A stretch of 63,809 bases of DNA, counting the filler, from Octopus bimaculoides (Eukaryota): NCBI RefSeq assembly GCF_001194135.2. It is 5 parts of 5 records of this genome, joined end to end, with 100 filler letters (N's around TTAATTAATTAA, not from the genome) between each part and the next. Parts side by side here need not be neighbours in the genome. Positions count along the whole stretch, not along the records: positions 1 to 12,485 come from NC_068998.1; 4 more parts are not named here. One strand, 5' to 3'. Positions within the stretch are counted from its first letter, which is position 1; each line of letters begins with the position of its first letter. Below are positions 1 through 12,585 of the stretch, one piece after another. The position numbers and the translations under genes were made by a program. The notes beneath the pieces were generated by a model that saw nothing but the letters and a program-made list of their open reading frames with translations, was not told the origin of the DNA and did no database searches.

Positions 1-1227
1 TATATATATGCATATACACCACACACACATACTCACACACAGAAATGCATGCAACAGATCTTAACAGATTATATTTGGAACACCCTTAGATTTATAGCAT
101 GGCACAAATGGGGAAATCAGAAAACTGTAGCTATCGTATCACAGTATGACTGTCAAAGAAACCAGACTCCCTGATGAAGGAGACGATTGAAGGGGAAAAG
201 GACAAGGAGAGGGTAGTACAGAGAAAGAAGGAAGAATAGGAAGGAAGGAGTTAAGGAAGGAATAAACGAACAAACTGACAAGTAAAAGAAGACAGTAATT
301 ACATGAGAAATGTAATAGATGGCTACGACTTCTGATGCTATTAATTTTCAAGCGGAGAACATGGTGCGTACTCCACAGTAATGAGAGATAAGAGAAAAAC
401 AAATCTCTTATTAAATATAGAAATATGTCATTGTTAGAAAAACGTTGACACTCTTTTGTGTATTTCTCACGTGTACTTCAGATCATTCTCAATTGTGTCT
501 GTACACCAGATTTTATAAAAAAGATCGCTGTTGTTTTTCTACTTGTTGTTTAGTACCAGGTGAACTATAAGTGGCCAGATCTTTGGTTAAATGTATTACT
601 GCTAAGACCATTCCGTATTAAACTGAGACTGTGTTGTTTAATGTGTTCTTCATTTAAGATTGTGGAGTGTGATTCGAAAGAGATATTACTGCTATTTCTA
701 GCAGGCCGAATGACCGCGTTGAGCAGTCATAAGCAAAGTGCATCACGCGGGACTTTCTGAATGGCATGCCTAACGAAAAAAATTATCTTAAAATGTTTTG
801 TTTTTTCTTTTTTAGTTGTGCAGCCTGCTTGATTATGAACCATGTAGAGACACCCTCAATGAAAAGGATCATTTTAACGTATTGCCCAGGCCGCAGAACG
901 ACAAAAGTCAGATATCAAAGAGCTCTTATAGAGCTTTCAAAGTATCTGTGATATACGGTATGACGTCATTAGTTATTAAAAAGCATGGCGCTTGTAGGAA
1001 TGCAGTAAATTACTTCAAACTTTCGAACCAATGAAATACGAAGAGAACTTTCCTGTTCCAAGAACTCGCTGTCAAAGTAATAGCACTCTTTATTGTAAAC
1101 ATTTTGGTCAGGAATTCTCACGAGTCAAGCTACGAAAGGAAATTAATAACAAAATCAATAGACCACTGGAAAAAGAAATGTCTCCTCGCTGTATTTAGCT
1201 ACGTTCTTTTCGTCATTAAGAAATTGG

Positions 1228-1441
1228 TTTCAAAATTTGGCACAAGCAATTTGGGGTGAGGGAGCAAGTCGATTAGATCGAATCCAGTGCTCAAGTATTA
1301 CTAATTTTATCAACCCCCCACCCCGAAAGGATGAAAGGTAAAATCGACTTCGGCAGAAATTGAACTAAGAACGTAAAGACGGGTGAAATGTCACTAAGCA
1401 TTTTGTCCGGCGTTCTAACAATTCTACCAGTTCGCCGCCTT
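1228..1441 (-). mobile_element. tRNA-derived SINE, family 1 (GGCGGCGAGCTGGCAGAA... type)
   Basis: Reverse complement matches the copies at 40932 and 55549 (head GGCGGCGAACTGGTAGAATTGTTAGAACGCCGG..., body AGTTCAATTTCTGCCGAAGTCGATTTTACCTTTCATCCTTTCGGG). Confidence 0.85.
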
Positions 1442-1457
1442 GTTTCTGACTTCAAAT

Positions 1458-2830
1458 TACGTCCTGAGTTCAAATTCCGCCGAGGTTGACTTTGCTTTTC
1501 ATCCTTTCGGAGCCATTAAATCAAGTACCAGTTGAGTACTGGGTTGATGTAAACGACTGTCACCCTCCCCACAAAATCCAGACCTTGTGCCTATAGTTGA
1601 AAGGATTATTATAGGTCTATTTAAGGCGGCGAGCTGGCAGAATCGTTAGCACGCTGGACGAAATGCTTAGCAACATTTTTCCCGTCGCTACGTTCTAAGT
1701 TCAAATTCCCCCGAGGTCGACTTTGACTTTCATCCTTTCGGGGTCGATAAATAAAGTACCAGTTGAGAACTGAGGTCGCTGTAATCGACTTAACCCCCTC
1801 CCACGAAATTTCAGGCCTTGTGCCTATAGCAGAAAGGATTATTATAAGTCTAATTAAGGCATCGAGCTAGCAGAATCGTTAGCACGCTGGGCGAAATGCT
1901 TAGCGGTATTTTGCCTATCGCTACGTTCTGAGTTCAAATTCGTCTGAGGTCGACTTTGCATTCAGGATCGATAAGTTAAGTACCAGTGAAACACTGGAGT
2001 CGGTATAATCGACTAGTCCCGCCCCCTCCTCCAAATTTCAGGCCTTGTACCTATAGTGGAAAAAATTATTATAAGCCTAATTCTATCGACCTTTCCTCCT
2101 TTCAGGGTCGATAAAACTGCTGGATTTGAGCAAAATTTTGAAACCATTATTATAGGTCTAATTAAGGTGGTGAGTTGGCAGAATCGTTTGGGCATTGGAG
2201 AAAATGCTCAATGGCTCTTAGTTCAAATTCCGACGAAGTCAGCTTTGCTTTTCATGCTTTCAGGGTCGATAAAATAAAGTACTAGCTAAGTATGGGGTCG
2301 ATGTAATGTACTTGCCCCTCCGCTTAACATTTCTGGTCTTGTGCCAATAGTAGAAAGAATCATTGTAGGTTCTAATTAAGGCGGCAATTTTTTTCAGAAT
2401 CGTCAGCACGTCGGACAAAATTACATAACAGCATTTCTTCCAGCTTTATGCTCTGAGTTCAAGTACCACCGCGGTCAACTTTGACCTTCATTCCTTCGGG
2501 GTCGATAAAATAAAGTACCAGCTAAGTAATGAGGTTCATGTAATCGATTTGCCTTTCCCTTCAAAATTGTTGAACCTGTGTGAAAATAAGAAAGAATCAT
2601 TACGAGTCTAATTAAGGCTCCAAGTTGGCAGAATCGTTAGCACGTCATTCTCTTAGCTGTACGTCCTGAGTTCAAATCCCACTGAAGTCAACTTTGCCTT
2701 TCATCCTTTCGGGAACAATAAAATAAAAAGTACTAATCAAATACAGGGGTCAATGGTATTGTCTAATCCCTTCTCCTCTAAAATTGCTGACCTTGTACAT
2801 GAATTAGAATCAACTAAAAAAGGTCTAGTT
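1458..2830 (+). repeat. Head-to-tail tandem array of about 6 family-1 SINE units
   Basis: Unit heads at 1625, 1858, 2166, 2380 and 2616, plus partial units at 1458 and about 2080. All heads are preceded by a shared junction (GAAAGGATTATTATAGGTCTAATTAA-GGC). Confidence 0.9.
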
Positions 2831-2979
2831 TGACTTAATTAAAATGCTTTGGCCCTCTACCTCAGATCACTGAGCAACCACATAACCAATGGCTATTTAA
2901 TCAGGAGAAATCATATTTAACGAATAATTCATTAAGCAGATAAAGTACACCCACGAGAGTTATGCTTTACATTGTAAAA

Positions 2980-3185
2980 GGTGCGGGTTGACAGAATCGT
3001 TAGTACGTCAGACAAAATGCTTAGCGGTTTTTCTTCCGGTTCTTTTCCTTCTAAATTCAAATGCCCCCGAGATCAACTTTACCTTTCATCTTTTTGGGGT
3101 CGATAAAATAAAGTACCAGTTAAATACTGGGTCGATATAATCGACTTCCCCTTCTCTTAAAATGCTAGCAAAATTTGAAGCAATT
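2980..3185 (+). mobile_element. SINE family 1 copy
   Basis: GACAGAATCGTTAGTACGTCAGACAAAATGCTTAGCGG...GGGTCGATAAAATAAAGTACCAGTT. Confidence 0.85.
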
Positions 3186-3894
3186 ATAAAGATAAACATG
3201 TTTGGTATATCTGGACTTGTTATGCTTTTTTTTAAAAACTTTTCAGCAGCCTCTCCTAATTTGAAAAAGTATGGCTACACATTTATACTAAAATATATAG
3301 ATATATAAAATTGTGTACAGTTATATTTAACATATGCTTGTTCACTCAAACATAGACAGACCTTCGCTGCGGAAAGTCTCGGGAGAGAAATTATTATGGA
3401 TAATGTGTCTGAAAATAAGTCACGCTGGGCAATGAATGAAACCATCGGATTGTCACGTGTTTCTGCGTCGTTACGCTTTGTCAGCTTCAGACACCGAAAT
3501 CTTCGCTCAAAGCCTATTAATAATTGTTCTTATATTAGAACAACAAATAATAAGTTTGCTGATGTGTGCAAAGAAAGTTTCGTCAAGCTGGAATTAGAAT
3601 CAAACCAGGGCGTAGCTAACGAAGTGTAGCAATGCAGAAACACAGAGTCCTGCAATTTGATAGCGTCATTCATGGCCTAATGCAATGTTTTTACACATTA
3701 TCCATAAGAGTTTTTTTCTCAAAAAAGTTTTCAGAGCATTTGACTTCTCACGTTTGAGTGTATACGAACGTGCTAAACAAAAATTTAGACGGCTTTATTT
3801 TAATCATCGCTATTAAATGTGCCGAATATTTGACTCGTTAAATGAATGAGCTAGTGGTTGAGTATGCCTTTAATGTAAATACCAAACCGAATTA

Positions 3895-4090
3895 GCGTGA
3901 CACAATATGCGACAAGGTTGGACCTTCAAATTGCAAGTACACCCAGTAGGCTTCTACATGATTTCCATCTTCAGTTTTACTCACAAGGCTTGACTCGACT
4001 CTCGATAAAATTATTTACCCAGGATGGTTCACAGTGCAAACGAACACCGGATCGGAAGATTAGGAACTTAACCACTTAGCCATGACACTC
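3895..4090 (-). mobile_element. Decayed tRNA-derived SINE (family 3-like)
   Basis: Reverse complement begins GTCATGGCTAAGTGGTTAAG (A-box-like) and contains CAAGCCTTGTGAGT...GAAGCC, as in the copy at 50232-50400. Confidence 0.55.
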
Positions 4091-4873
4091 AGCATGATTT
4101 AATAAAATGACTATGTACTACATAGTCAAAGAGAAAAAAAATACTTGGGAGGTCTTACAAATCCTCAACGATGGAATCTCATTATGGCCGCCCCAACTAC
4201 AATAACGGCCAGTTCTCCTTCAAAACCCACCACATTGAAGAAGAAAAACAAGCTGGATAATAGATACAGTTCTATACAGATCCAGATACAGTGTGTCTGG
4301 ATGAGGTAAGGGGGGCAGGATGCTGGTGATATGAACATCTTTGGTCATAGTTTGGTTCGATCATGATTGACCTGGGACTAAACAAGAACAACTAAATTGA
4401 ACTGTTTTGGCATTCAGTTAAGCCCTTCAGTGATCTGAAAGTAACGCCCAGCCTTGAATGGGTTTAAATTTAATTCTAGATTAATTTTATTTAACTATAA
4501 ACTGGACCTCTACTTTATGATAGATAGGTGATTCGTGTCCCGTGATAAGGCCTGTGGTTATTTTCTGTTTCAAATAGAGTGTATTTCACTGTCTGCTATA
4601 AATACATATTTAGTTGCAATCTTTGCAACAGAATACGATTTGGTCTTAACACGATAACGATCTTTCCTTGAAGCCTAAAGTACAGTATCATAGGTATAGT
4701 TTGTAATTAGTTATTAGAGACGAAACAACATATTTAGTGTATTAACAACAGTATAATGTTTTCTGTCCGAGACTCTTCCACTCTATGTAATTGTAACAAC
4801 CCTAATATTTGGCCTCTCAATAATATATCTATTTCTAAAGCATTAATTTATTGACATAAGATCTTTCTTGTAG

Positions 4874-5386
4874 ATTACAGTGAAATTAAAAGCTACATAG
4901 CACTTACAGAAAATCCCTTTGAAAATATACATTCAGTTACACAGACAGATGCCATATTACTGCACTGTCTAAATATATCTGGGTTCAAGAGGATAATAAC
5001 ACTGTCAATAGTAAAATCTCTTGATATGTTATAGAATACACATCTTCCGATATCCATGGTTCCATAAAGCGTAATCTCTGCCCCTCGAAAAGGTGTAACA
5101 TGCTATGAAATTTTGAACAAAAGACGTGAATTAGTACATTTTTTGCTGGCACATCATTATTTATTGAAGAATTTCAATCTAAAAAACGAGCCAAGTTTAG
5201 TTTCTTGCGCAATTGATTTGCTAGATTATGAGAGATGAACTCATATTTCAAAAACATTAATATTTCTCTAATAAGACATACTTCAACTCAGATGTGCGTT
5301 ATATATTGTAACGAACAAATGATAATATTGCCTGCTTTCACCTCTGGTGCTGAAAAGATGAACGTATTGCGTGTTTCTGATACAAG
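4874..5386 (+). pseudogene. Candidate decayed phase-1/phase-1 exon, possibly C-type-lectin-like extracellular module
   Basis: TTTCTTGTAG acceptor and G|GTAATG donor; 513 bp = 171 codons in one frame with 8 stops: DYSEIK...IITLSIVKSLDML*...GVTCYEILNKRR...LRCALYIVTNK**YC...YCVFLIQ. The domain call is by eye only. Confidence 0.35.
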
Positions 5387-5794
5387 GTAATGAATAAATG
5401 AAAATATCACAAATAACCCAGCGTTTTATTCGCCAACCAATAAAATCTCGATGTGCTGCTGCACACTCATGTCCCGATGGGTTTCTGAAAATGTATGTTT
5501 TTATCTTGTCACACTGCAGCCATTAATTAACAATTGAACAACGGTAAACGGGAAGCACAGAGTAGGGGATTGANNNNNNNNNNNNNNNNNNNNNNNNNNN
5601 NNNNNNNNNNNNNNNNNNNNNNNNNNNNNNNNNNNNNNNNNNNNNNNNNNNNNNNNNNNNNNNNNNNNNNNNNNNNNNNNNNNNNNNNNNNNNNNNNNNN
5701 NNNNNNNNNNNNNNNNNNNNNNNNNNNNNNNNNNNNNNNNNNNNNNNNNNNNNNNNNNNNNNNNNNNNNNNNNNNNNNNNNNNNNATATATATG

Positions 5795-5827
<33 letters not shown>

Positions 5828-6362
5828 ATATATGTGTGTGTGAATTAAGTAAACATATATATGCATTTATATTTGTTAGAATGAGATATCGTGGTTTCAA
5901 TATACTTGGAGAACAAACAAGAGAAGTAAATGGATACGCACGCGCGCACACATACATACACACACACACACACATTCCATGCAGGTGAATGCTCTGTAGT
6001 ATATATCAGAATTAAATTAAATATATATTTATTTGATATATGCTTATTCAAAATATGTGTATGACACCGTATAGATATTTATTCATTGTTCAAATTGAAC
6101 TGATAATCTAGCAATTAATACCCGCTTGCGTTATTATATAAATTAAGTCATCCTTCTTATACTCATTATTATAATCTTCATACGAAGCTCCTACGCTTTT
6201 CTATTTCAGCAGCTTAGATGACAGAGAAAAGCAACTTCTGATAAGTATTTAAACTATTAGTTTTTTATCCCCATTCAAAGCTGCCAAAAACGCTGTGGTT
6301 TAAGCAGGATTTTACAGCGGGACAAAATACGTTTATTAAATATATTGAATGACTTCATATAC

Positions 6363-6428
<66 letters not shown>

Positions 6429-6447
6429 NNNNNNNNNNNNNNNNNNN

Positions 6448-6660
6448 CTAGTGGTTCGCAGATTGCACTCACAGTTGCGAGATAATGGTTTCGATTCCAA
6501 GACCGGCGGTGCATTTTGTTGTTGAGCAAAAAAAAATCTTCATTTCATGTTGCCCCAATCCATCCAGATGTAACTCGGGAACCCAGAGACCAACTGGCAT
6601 TCCGTTCATGGGGATTGTTGGCCTACCTGCCTAGCCAGTGGACTGACTTCATTTAAAAGC
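6448..6660 (+). mobile_element. tRNA-derived SINE, family 2 (head truncated by gap)
   Basis: CTAGTGGTT...GGTTTCGATTCC (B box), then TTGAGCAA...TTTCATGTTGCCCCAATCCATCCAG, matching the body of 46140-46395. Confidence 0.7.
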
Positions 6661-6729
6661 AAGAACAGTGCATGGAAACACATCATGACTAGTATGTAAC
6701 TACACACGAGCTGTTGAATTTTTGCCCTC

Positions 6730-7765
6730 CTCTGAAGTTTTCCCTTTTTCCTGGAAGAAAATAAATCTATACCTTGTCCAGAACTACTTTTGTTCATCAT
6801 TTCCAAACTTATTTAATAAAGAACTGGAAAAGATTTTTGGATGACTGCTTCATATTTTGGAACAAAAGTATAGAGGTCTTTACAAGATTCCTTAAATTAA
6901 TAAAGAGCATTCATGAATCGATCCAATTTAGCCTGGAAGTGAATGAAAAGAAACTCCCTTTCCTGGACTTTCCAATAATCAGATTTTAGATCTTGTCATC
7001 TTTCAAATACAAAAAGGAACATACCATCCAACATGGCAAGATGTATAAGCTAAGTAGTTACAAATACCAATAGGCAAGAGAAACGATTGGTAGAAGTAAA
7101 TATGTTCCTTCAGAAAAAGAAATACCCTATAAAGTTAACAAAATCATGCCATAACCAAAGCAACAGAAGTTTCTATCTATACCTTACGGAGAAACATTCA
7201 TGCTAAGAGTCAAAACGAAAATACAAATATAAATATTCCATTTGTAGTCACCCATAATCCTAGGAACCGCAATGCCCTACATTCAACCAAACGATATCTC
7301 CTAATTCTACATCAATCTCCGACAAATAATTTTAAAATAATCACAAACCATCAATAGCCGAAGACAACCACCAAATCTCAAGAGACTTCTAAGAAAGGCG
7401 AGAGTCACATCGGAGAAAAATAATGCAGGTAACAAAGTGTGAGGACACTCGTTATGGTACGTGTGAAATAATTGAGTTAAGAATCATTAAAAGATTCAAG
7501 AATGGGGAAAAAATTGTAATTGAATGCAAACAAGAATTGCAAAACAAAAACTCTCACCTATTGCATCGTATACCACAATGCAATGAGAATTACATTAGAG
7601 AAAGAGGGATAAAACTAACCAGTTGTATAAACGTGCATAAACAACAAATTAAAGATTCATCTCTTAGAAATGTCCCATATAGTAAACATCTACACATTCG
7701 TGCAAATAGAAAATTAAAAATATTCCATTTTTACAAGATAAAAGATGAAAATAATCATCTATGAA
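6730..7765 (+). mobile_element. Penelope-like retroelement fragment (RT C-terminal half + GIY-YIG endonuclease), degenerate
   Basis: Translations show WKRFLDDCFIFW and IQFSLEVNEKKLPFLD (PLE RT motifs), IPFVVTHNPRN and RRQPPNLKRLLR (PLE linker), KCEDTRYGTC, and QCNENYIRERG..INVHKQQIK..VPYSKHLH (GIY-YIG-like). Frameshifts and stops are present. Confidence 0.85.
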
Positions 7766-7879
7766 CATACAGATATACATACAAACATACATACACATAT
7801 ATACATACATTCATACATACATGCGTACATACACGCATACATACATGCACATATATACATAAAACATACATACATACCT

Positions 7880-8488
7880 CAAGAAGCACTCGCTTCCTGA
7901 TGATCTGCAATACAGCCCAAAACAGCTGGATTCTCTTACATCAGAGAAGACCTGGATGGAAAACACTCAGCATACAAAAAAAAAATCTATGCATGGGTAT
8001 GTTGCCCAGAAGCTAGAAGAAGACAGTAGAATTGACGCGAAGCGCAGCCTCTCTTGGACACAAGACCACTACATCACATCACACTTTGAAGGCTATGCGT
8101 TTGCAAACCAGGAACAGGAGATTGCCACTGAACAAGAGACATAGTGACGCTCTTGTAATCCCAATGTGCAACCGCATGTGTAGGCTATGTCATGTTTCTG
8201 TGGAAGACATTACGCATGCGATTAGCAGCTATCCTAAAATGTCGTCACGGTACTACCTCCCTATGCGGCACGATGTTGTTGCTAAGACAATTTACAATGC
8301 CATTCGCAAAAAAGACTGTCCTGAAATAAACTTAGTAAATCCCTCTATTATGGAACACGTCCATAAACACCAACTCAATGAATACTGGTAGAATATTCCC
8401 ATCAAAACTTCTGTCAAATGTACACATAACAGGCCGGATATTGTTGTTTGGGACAGAGGGACAAAGGTATGTACCAGCATAGAGGTCA
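7880..8488 (+). mobile_element. R4/Dong-type non-LTR retrotransposon, 3' part (CCHC zinc knuckle + restriction-like endonuclease)
   Basis: SHFEGYAFANQEQEIAT, CRLCHVSVEDITHAISS, RHDVVAKTIY and EYW*NIPIKTSVKCTHNRPDIVVWDRGTKVCTSIEV (PD..D REL motif). Runs into the N gap. Confidence 0.9.
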
Positions 8489-8870
8489 NNNNNNNNNNNN
8501 NNNNNNNNNNNNNNNNNNNNNNNNNNNNNNNNNNNNNNNNNNNNNNNNNNNNNNNNNNNNNNNNNNNNNNNNNNNNNNNNNNNNNNNNNNNNNNNNNNNN
8601 NNNNNNNNNNNNNNNNNNNNNNNNNNNNNNNNNNNNNNNNNNNNNNNNNNNNNNNNNNNNNNNNNNNNNNNNNNNNNNNNNNNNNNNNNNNNNNNNNNNN
8701 NNNNNNNNNNNNNNNNNNNNNNNNNNNNNNNNNNNNNNNNNNNNNNNNNNNNNNNNNNNNNNNNNNNNNNNNNNNNNNNNNNNNNNNNNNNNNNNNNNNN
8801 NNNNNNNNNNNNNNNNNNNNNNNNNNNNNNNNNNNNNNNNNNNNNNNNNNNNNNNNNNNNNNNNNNNNNN

Positions 8871-9290
8871 GAAGAGACATACATACATACATACATACAT
8901 ACATACATACATACATACATACATGCAAGCATACGTACATACATGCAAGCATACATACATACATACATACATACATACATACATACATACATGCAAGCAT
9001 ACATACATACATGCAAGCATACATACATACATGCAAGCATACATACATACATACATGCATGCATGGATGCGTACATAATTACACACACACATACGCACAC
9101 ATACAGACATGCATACATTCATACATACATGAATACATACACGCATGTATAGATACATAAGACATACATACAGTTGCACACATACATACATACATACATA
9201 CATACATACATACATACATACATACATACATACGTACGTACGTACGTAGTACGTATGTACATACACACACACACACACACACACATACTT
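8871..9290. repeat. (ATAC)n / (ATGC) compound microsatellite
   Basis: Directly visible. Confidence 0.95.
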
Positions 9291-9479
9291 TTTCAAATGT
9301 GTGATCATCCAGACGCTTGTATGTCCAGCATGCGAAATTCTGCACTTCTGAACGAATGTGTATCTATTCGTAAGTATACTTATATTTTAAGTCTGTATAC
9401 GATACGTAGGTGTAGGTATTCGTATTACGTGTTTGTGTATGGGCGAGGATAAATGTACCTATGTGTGTCTATGTGTATG

Positions 9480-9574
9480 GAAGTGCTTGCATGTGGATAT
9501 GTGCGTGTGTGTGAGGGGGATTTGCATGCGTGCATGCTTGTGTGCGTGGGTGTGCATGTGTGTATGTGAGAGTG

Positions 9575-9608
<34 letters not shown>

Positions 9609-10645
9609 TGTGTGTGAGTGTGTTGTGTATTTTGCCACTGTTTGCGTTTAAAGATGTTGCAACATTCGCTCGACCGGGAAGAACGAAGCAAAATGAATGA
9701 ATGAAGAAATTAAGAAATTAAGAATATCATGCAGAGTAGCAGAGTACANNNNNNNNNNNNNNNNNNNNNNNNNNNNNNNNNNNNNNNNNNNNNNNNNNNN
9801 NNNNNNNNNNNNNNNNNNNNNNNNNNNNNNNNNNNNNNNNNNNNNNNNNNNNNNNNNNNNNNNNNNNNNNNNNNNNNNNNNNNNNNNNNNNNNNNNNNNN
9901 NNNNNNNNNNNNNNNNNNNNNNNNNNNNNNNNNNNNNNNNNNNNNNNNNNNNNNNNNNNNNNNNNNNNNNNNNNNNNNNNNNNNNNNNNNNNNNNNNNNN
10001 NNNNNNNNNNNNNNNNNNNNNNNNNNNNNNNNNNNNNNNNNNNNNNNNNNNNNNNNNNNNNNNNNNNNNNNNNNNNNNNNNNNNNNNNNNNNNNNNNNNN
10101 NNNNNNNNNNNNNNNNNNNNNNNNNNNNNNNNNNNNNNNNNNNNNNNNNNNNNNNNNNNNNNNNNNNNNNNNNNNNNNNNNNNNNNNNNNNNNNNNNNNN
10201 NNNNNNNNNNNNNNNNNNNNNNNNNNNNNNNNNNNNNNNNNNNNNNNNNNNNNNNNNNNNNNNNNNNNNNNNNNNNNNNNNNNNNNNNNNNNNNNNNNNN
10301 NNNNNNNNNNNNNNNNNNNNNNNNNNNNNNNNNNNNNNNNNNNNNNNNNNNNNNNNNNNNNNCATATACATATATAATATATACGCATGAACATAGGTTT
10401 TCATATGCACACGCGCATGTGTGAGTACATATGTGTGCGTACATATGAATGTGTGTGTGTGTGCGTACGTGCGTACGTGCGTGCGTGCGTGCGTGTTTGT
10501 GTGCGTGTGTGTGTGTGTGTGTGTGTGCGCGTGCGTGTGTACTTGTAATTTTATATTTGAGTACATCCAGTAGGCAGGCTGTATCAATGTCCCATACAGA
10601 ACTGAATGTGTGTAGGAGTGTGTGTATGAGTGTGTGTGTACGCGC

Positions 10646-10676
<31 letters not shown>

Positions 10677-10947
10677 ACAGAGAGAGGAGTTAGAGACGCA
10701 GACAGAGACAACGACAAAGAGTGAAAGAGAGAGAAGGGAGAAAGACATAACAAAAGAGAAAGAGAAAAAGTGGGAGAGGGAAGATAGATACAACAGACAG
10801 AGGCGCAGTCAATGAGTGTATATACTTGCGAAAGCGTTTATGAGTATGATAGTTTGGATATGTAATATGTGTGTAAATGTATATTTTTTTTTCTGCTCAT
10901 CAAAGACATTTGCAGTAAGACTAGACATCAGGAAGACAGACAGACAA

Positions 10948-10983
<36 letters not shown>

Positions 10984-11030
10984 GCAGATGGAGAGGCAGG
11001 CAAGCGGGTAGACAGACAGACAAAGTGACG
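9480..11030. repeat. Microsatellite block (GT)n, (GCGT)n, (GA)n, (CAGA)n around an N gap
   Basis: Directly visible. Confidence 0.9.
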
Positions 11031-11581
11031 GGAATGGCGTTTTGAGGACGTCGACGAGCATGTAGCATTTTTGTACTCAAATGGTGGGAGGTGTACGTGC
11101 AGAAGAGGGGTAGGTAAAGATAAGAGATTGAGAGCAGTACATGGAAGAAGGGGAGAGCGTGAGAGAGGNNNNNNNNNNNNNNNNNNNNNNNNNNNNNNNN
11201 NNNNNNNNNNNNNNNNNNNNNNNNNNNNNNNNNNNNNNNNNNNNNNNNNNNNNNNNNNNNNNNNNNNNNNNNNNNNNNNNNNNNNNNNNNNNNNNNNNNN
11301 NNNNNNNNNNNNNNNNNNNNNNNNNNNNNNNNNNNNNNNNNNNNNNNNNNNNNNNNNNNNNNNNNNNNNNNNNNNNNNNNNNNNNNNNNNNNNNNNNNNN
11401 NNNNNNNNNNNNNNNNNNNNNNNNNNNNNNNNNNNNNNNNNNNNNNNNNNNNNNNNNNNNNNNNNNNNNNNNNNNNNNNNNNNNNNNNNNATATATATAT
11501 ATATATATATATAGGAGAATGCACGAAAAAAAACAACAACAGACGAGGACAGGTGGTGTAAACAACAAAAGGATGTATTAG

Positions 11582-11700
11582 TATGACGCTCGGGAATACG
11601 GAAAGTCTTTAACGTTTCGAGCTACGCTCTTCAACAGAAAGAATACGGAGAAAACAAGGAGAAAAACACGGAGAAAAAAAAGAATAGTGGCTGGTCAACG
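11582..11700 (-). mobile_element. Possible terminal fragment of a Penelope-like element
   Basis: Minus strand reads TGTTGAAGAGCGTAGCTCGAAACGTT, a GAAGAG...CGAAACG motif I associate with PLE termini. No coding evidence. Confidence 0.3.
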
Positions 11701-12129
11701 ATCAATCATTAAGACAGTACTTCTGTGGTTTTTGAGTTGTTTTAACTCTTATTTTTATCAAAAGCGGTGCTAGTCAGCTGAGTATACTGTCATCAGAGAG
11801 GGAGATCCACGAAAAAAAAAAATGAAAATTACAGTTATAGGTAATATACAATAGCGGCTTAAAATGAGAATGTTTGATGATCATTCATGGCGAGGAAAAG
11901 TGGAAGTTACCAGTTCAGTATTGAATAGAGAATGAATGAGGTTAGAACAGGAATATTATATTATAGTTAGGAGGAAAGACGGGCAAATAGATGTAGTAGA
12001 GTAGATATAGAGTTGTCAGTATATTGAGAGTATGCTAGTTGAGAGAGATTATGGGGTGCATGTATAGAGGCAGATAGAAAAGGGATGAAGAATAGCAGAT
12101 GTCATATGATGTCAAATGACCATATATAT

Positions 12130-12420
12130 ATATAAATCACAGCATGTATGTATATTGACTAACGCATACATTTCCACAATTCTCAACGGATTTTCACCAA
12201 ACTTTACACACATATTACTTATATCCCAAGGATAGCCATGCACTATACCATTTTACCCAGAGCTCCCGCATAAATAAACAAACCGGGAAAAACGGTGGTT
12301 TGCACGGGTTTTTCTCCAATTCGTATTGGCATTAGAGAATATTTTTTAGTGGTTTTCACAATTTTTTTAATTATTTAATAACAGTTTGACTCAGGTCCAT
12401 GTTCATAGGATGAAACTATC
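12130..12420 (+). mobile_element. Possible non-autonomous Helentron/DINE-1-like element fragment
   Basis: CTCAACGGATTTTCACCAAACTTTACACAC after a microsatellite resembles the core of such elements (recollection only). Confidence 0.3.
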
Positions 12421-12442
12421 TCGAAATGTATCTGGAGAAAAA

Positions 12443-12485
<43 letters not shown>

Positions 12486-12585
12486 NNNNNNNNNNNNNNN
12501 NNNNNNNNNNNNNNNNNNNNNNNNNNNNNTTAATTAATTAANNNNNNNNNNNNNNNNNNNNNNNNNNNNNNNNNNNNNNNNNNNN
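12486..12585. other. Artificial scaffold join: 44 N + TTAATTAATTAA + 44 N
   Basis: Exactly 100 bp; the identical structure recurs at 44268, 59873 and 62567. Confidence 0.95.

Noticed and set aside
917-937. Small hairpin AAGAGCTCT-TAT-AGAGCTTT as a miRNA or terminator
   Set aside because: The 9-bp stem is far too short for a pre-miRNA and is expected by chance.
1458-2830. CRISPR-like regularly spaced repeats
   Set aside because: Whole units of about 230 bp are homologous SINE copies, with no unique spacers and no cas genes; the context is eukaryotic.
3362-3649. 288-bp minus-strand segment with AG/GT ends in phase 1/1
   Set aside because: It has seven stops in 96 codons (chance level) and no recognisable motif.
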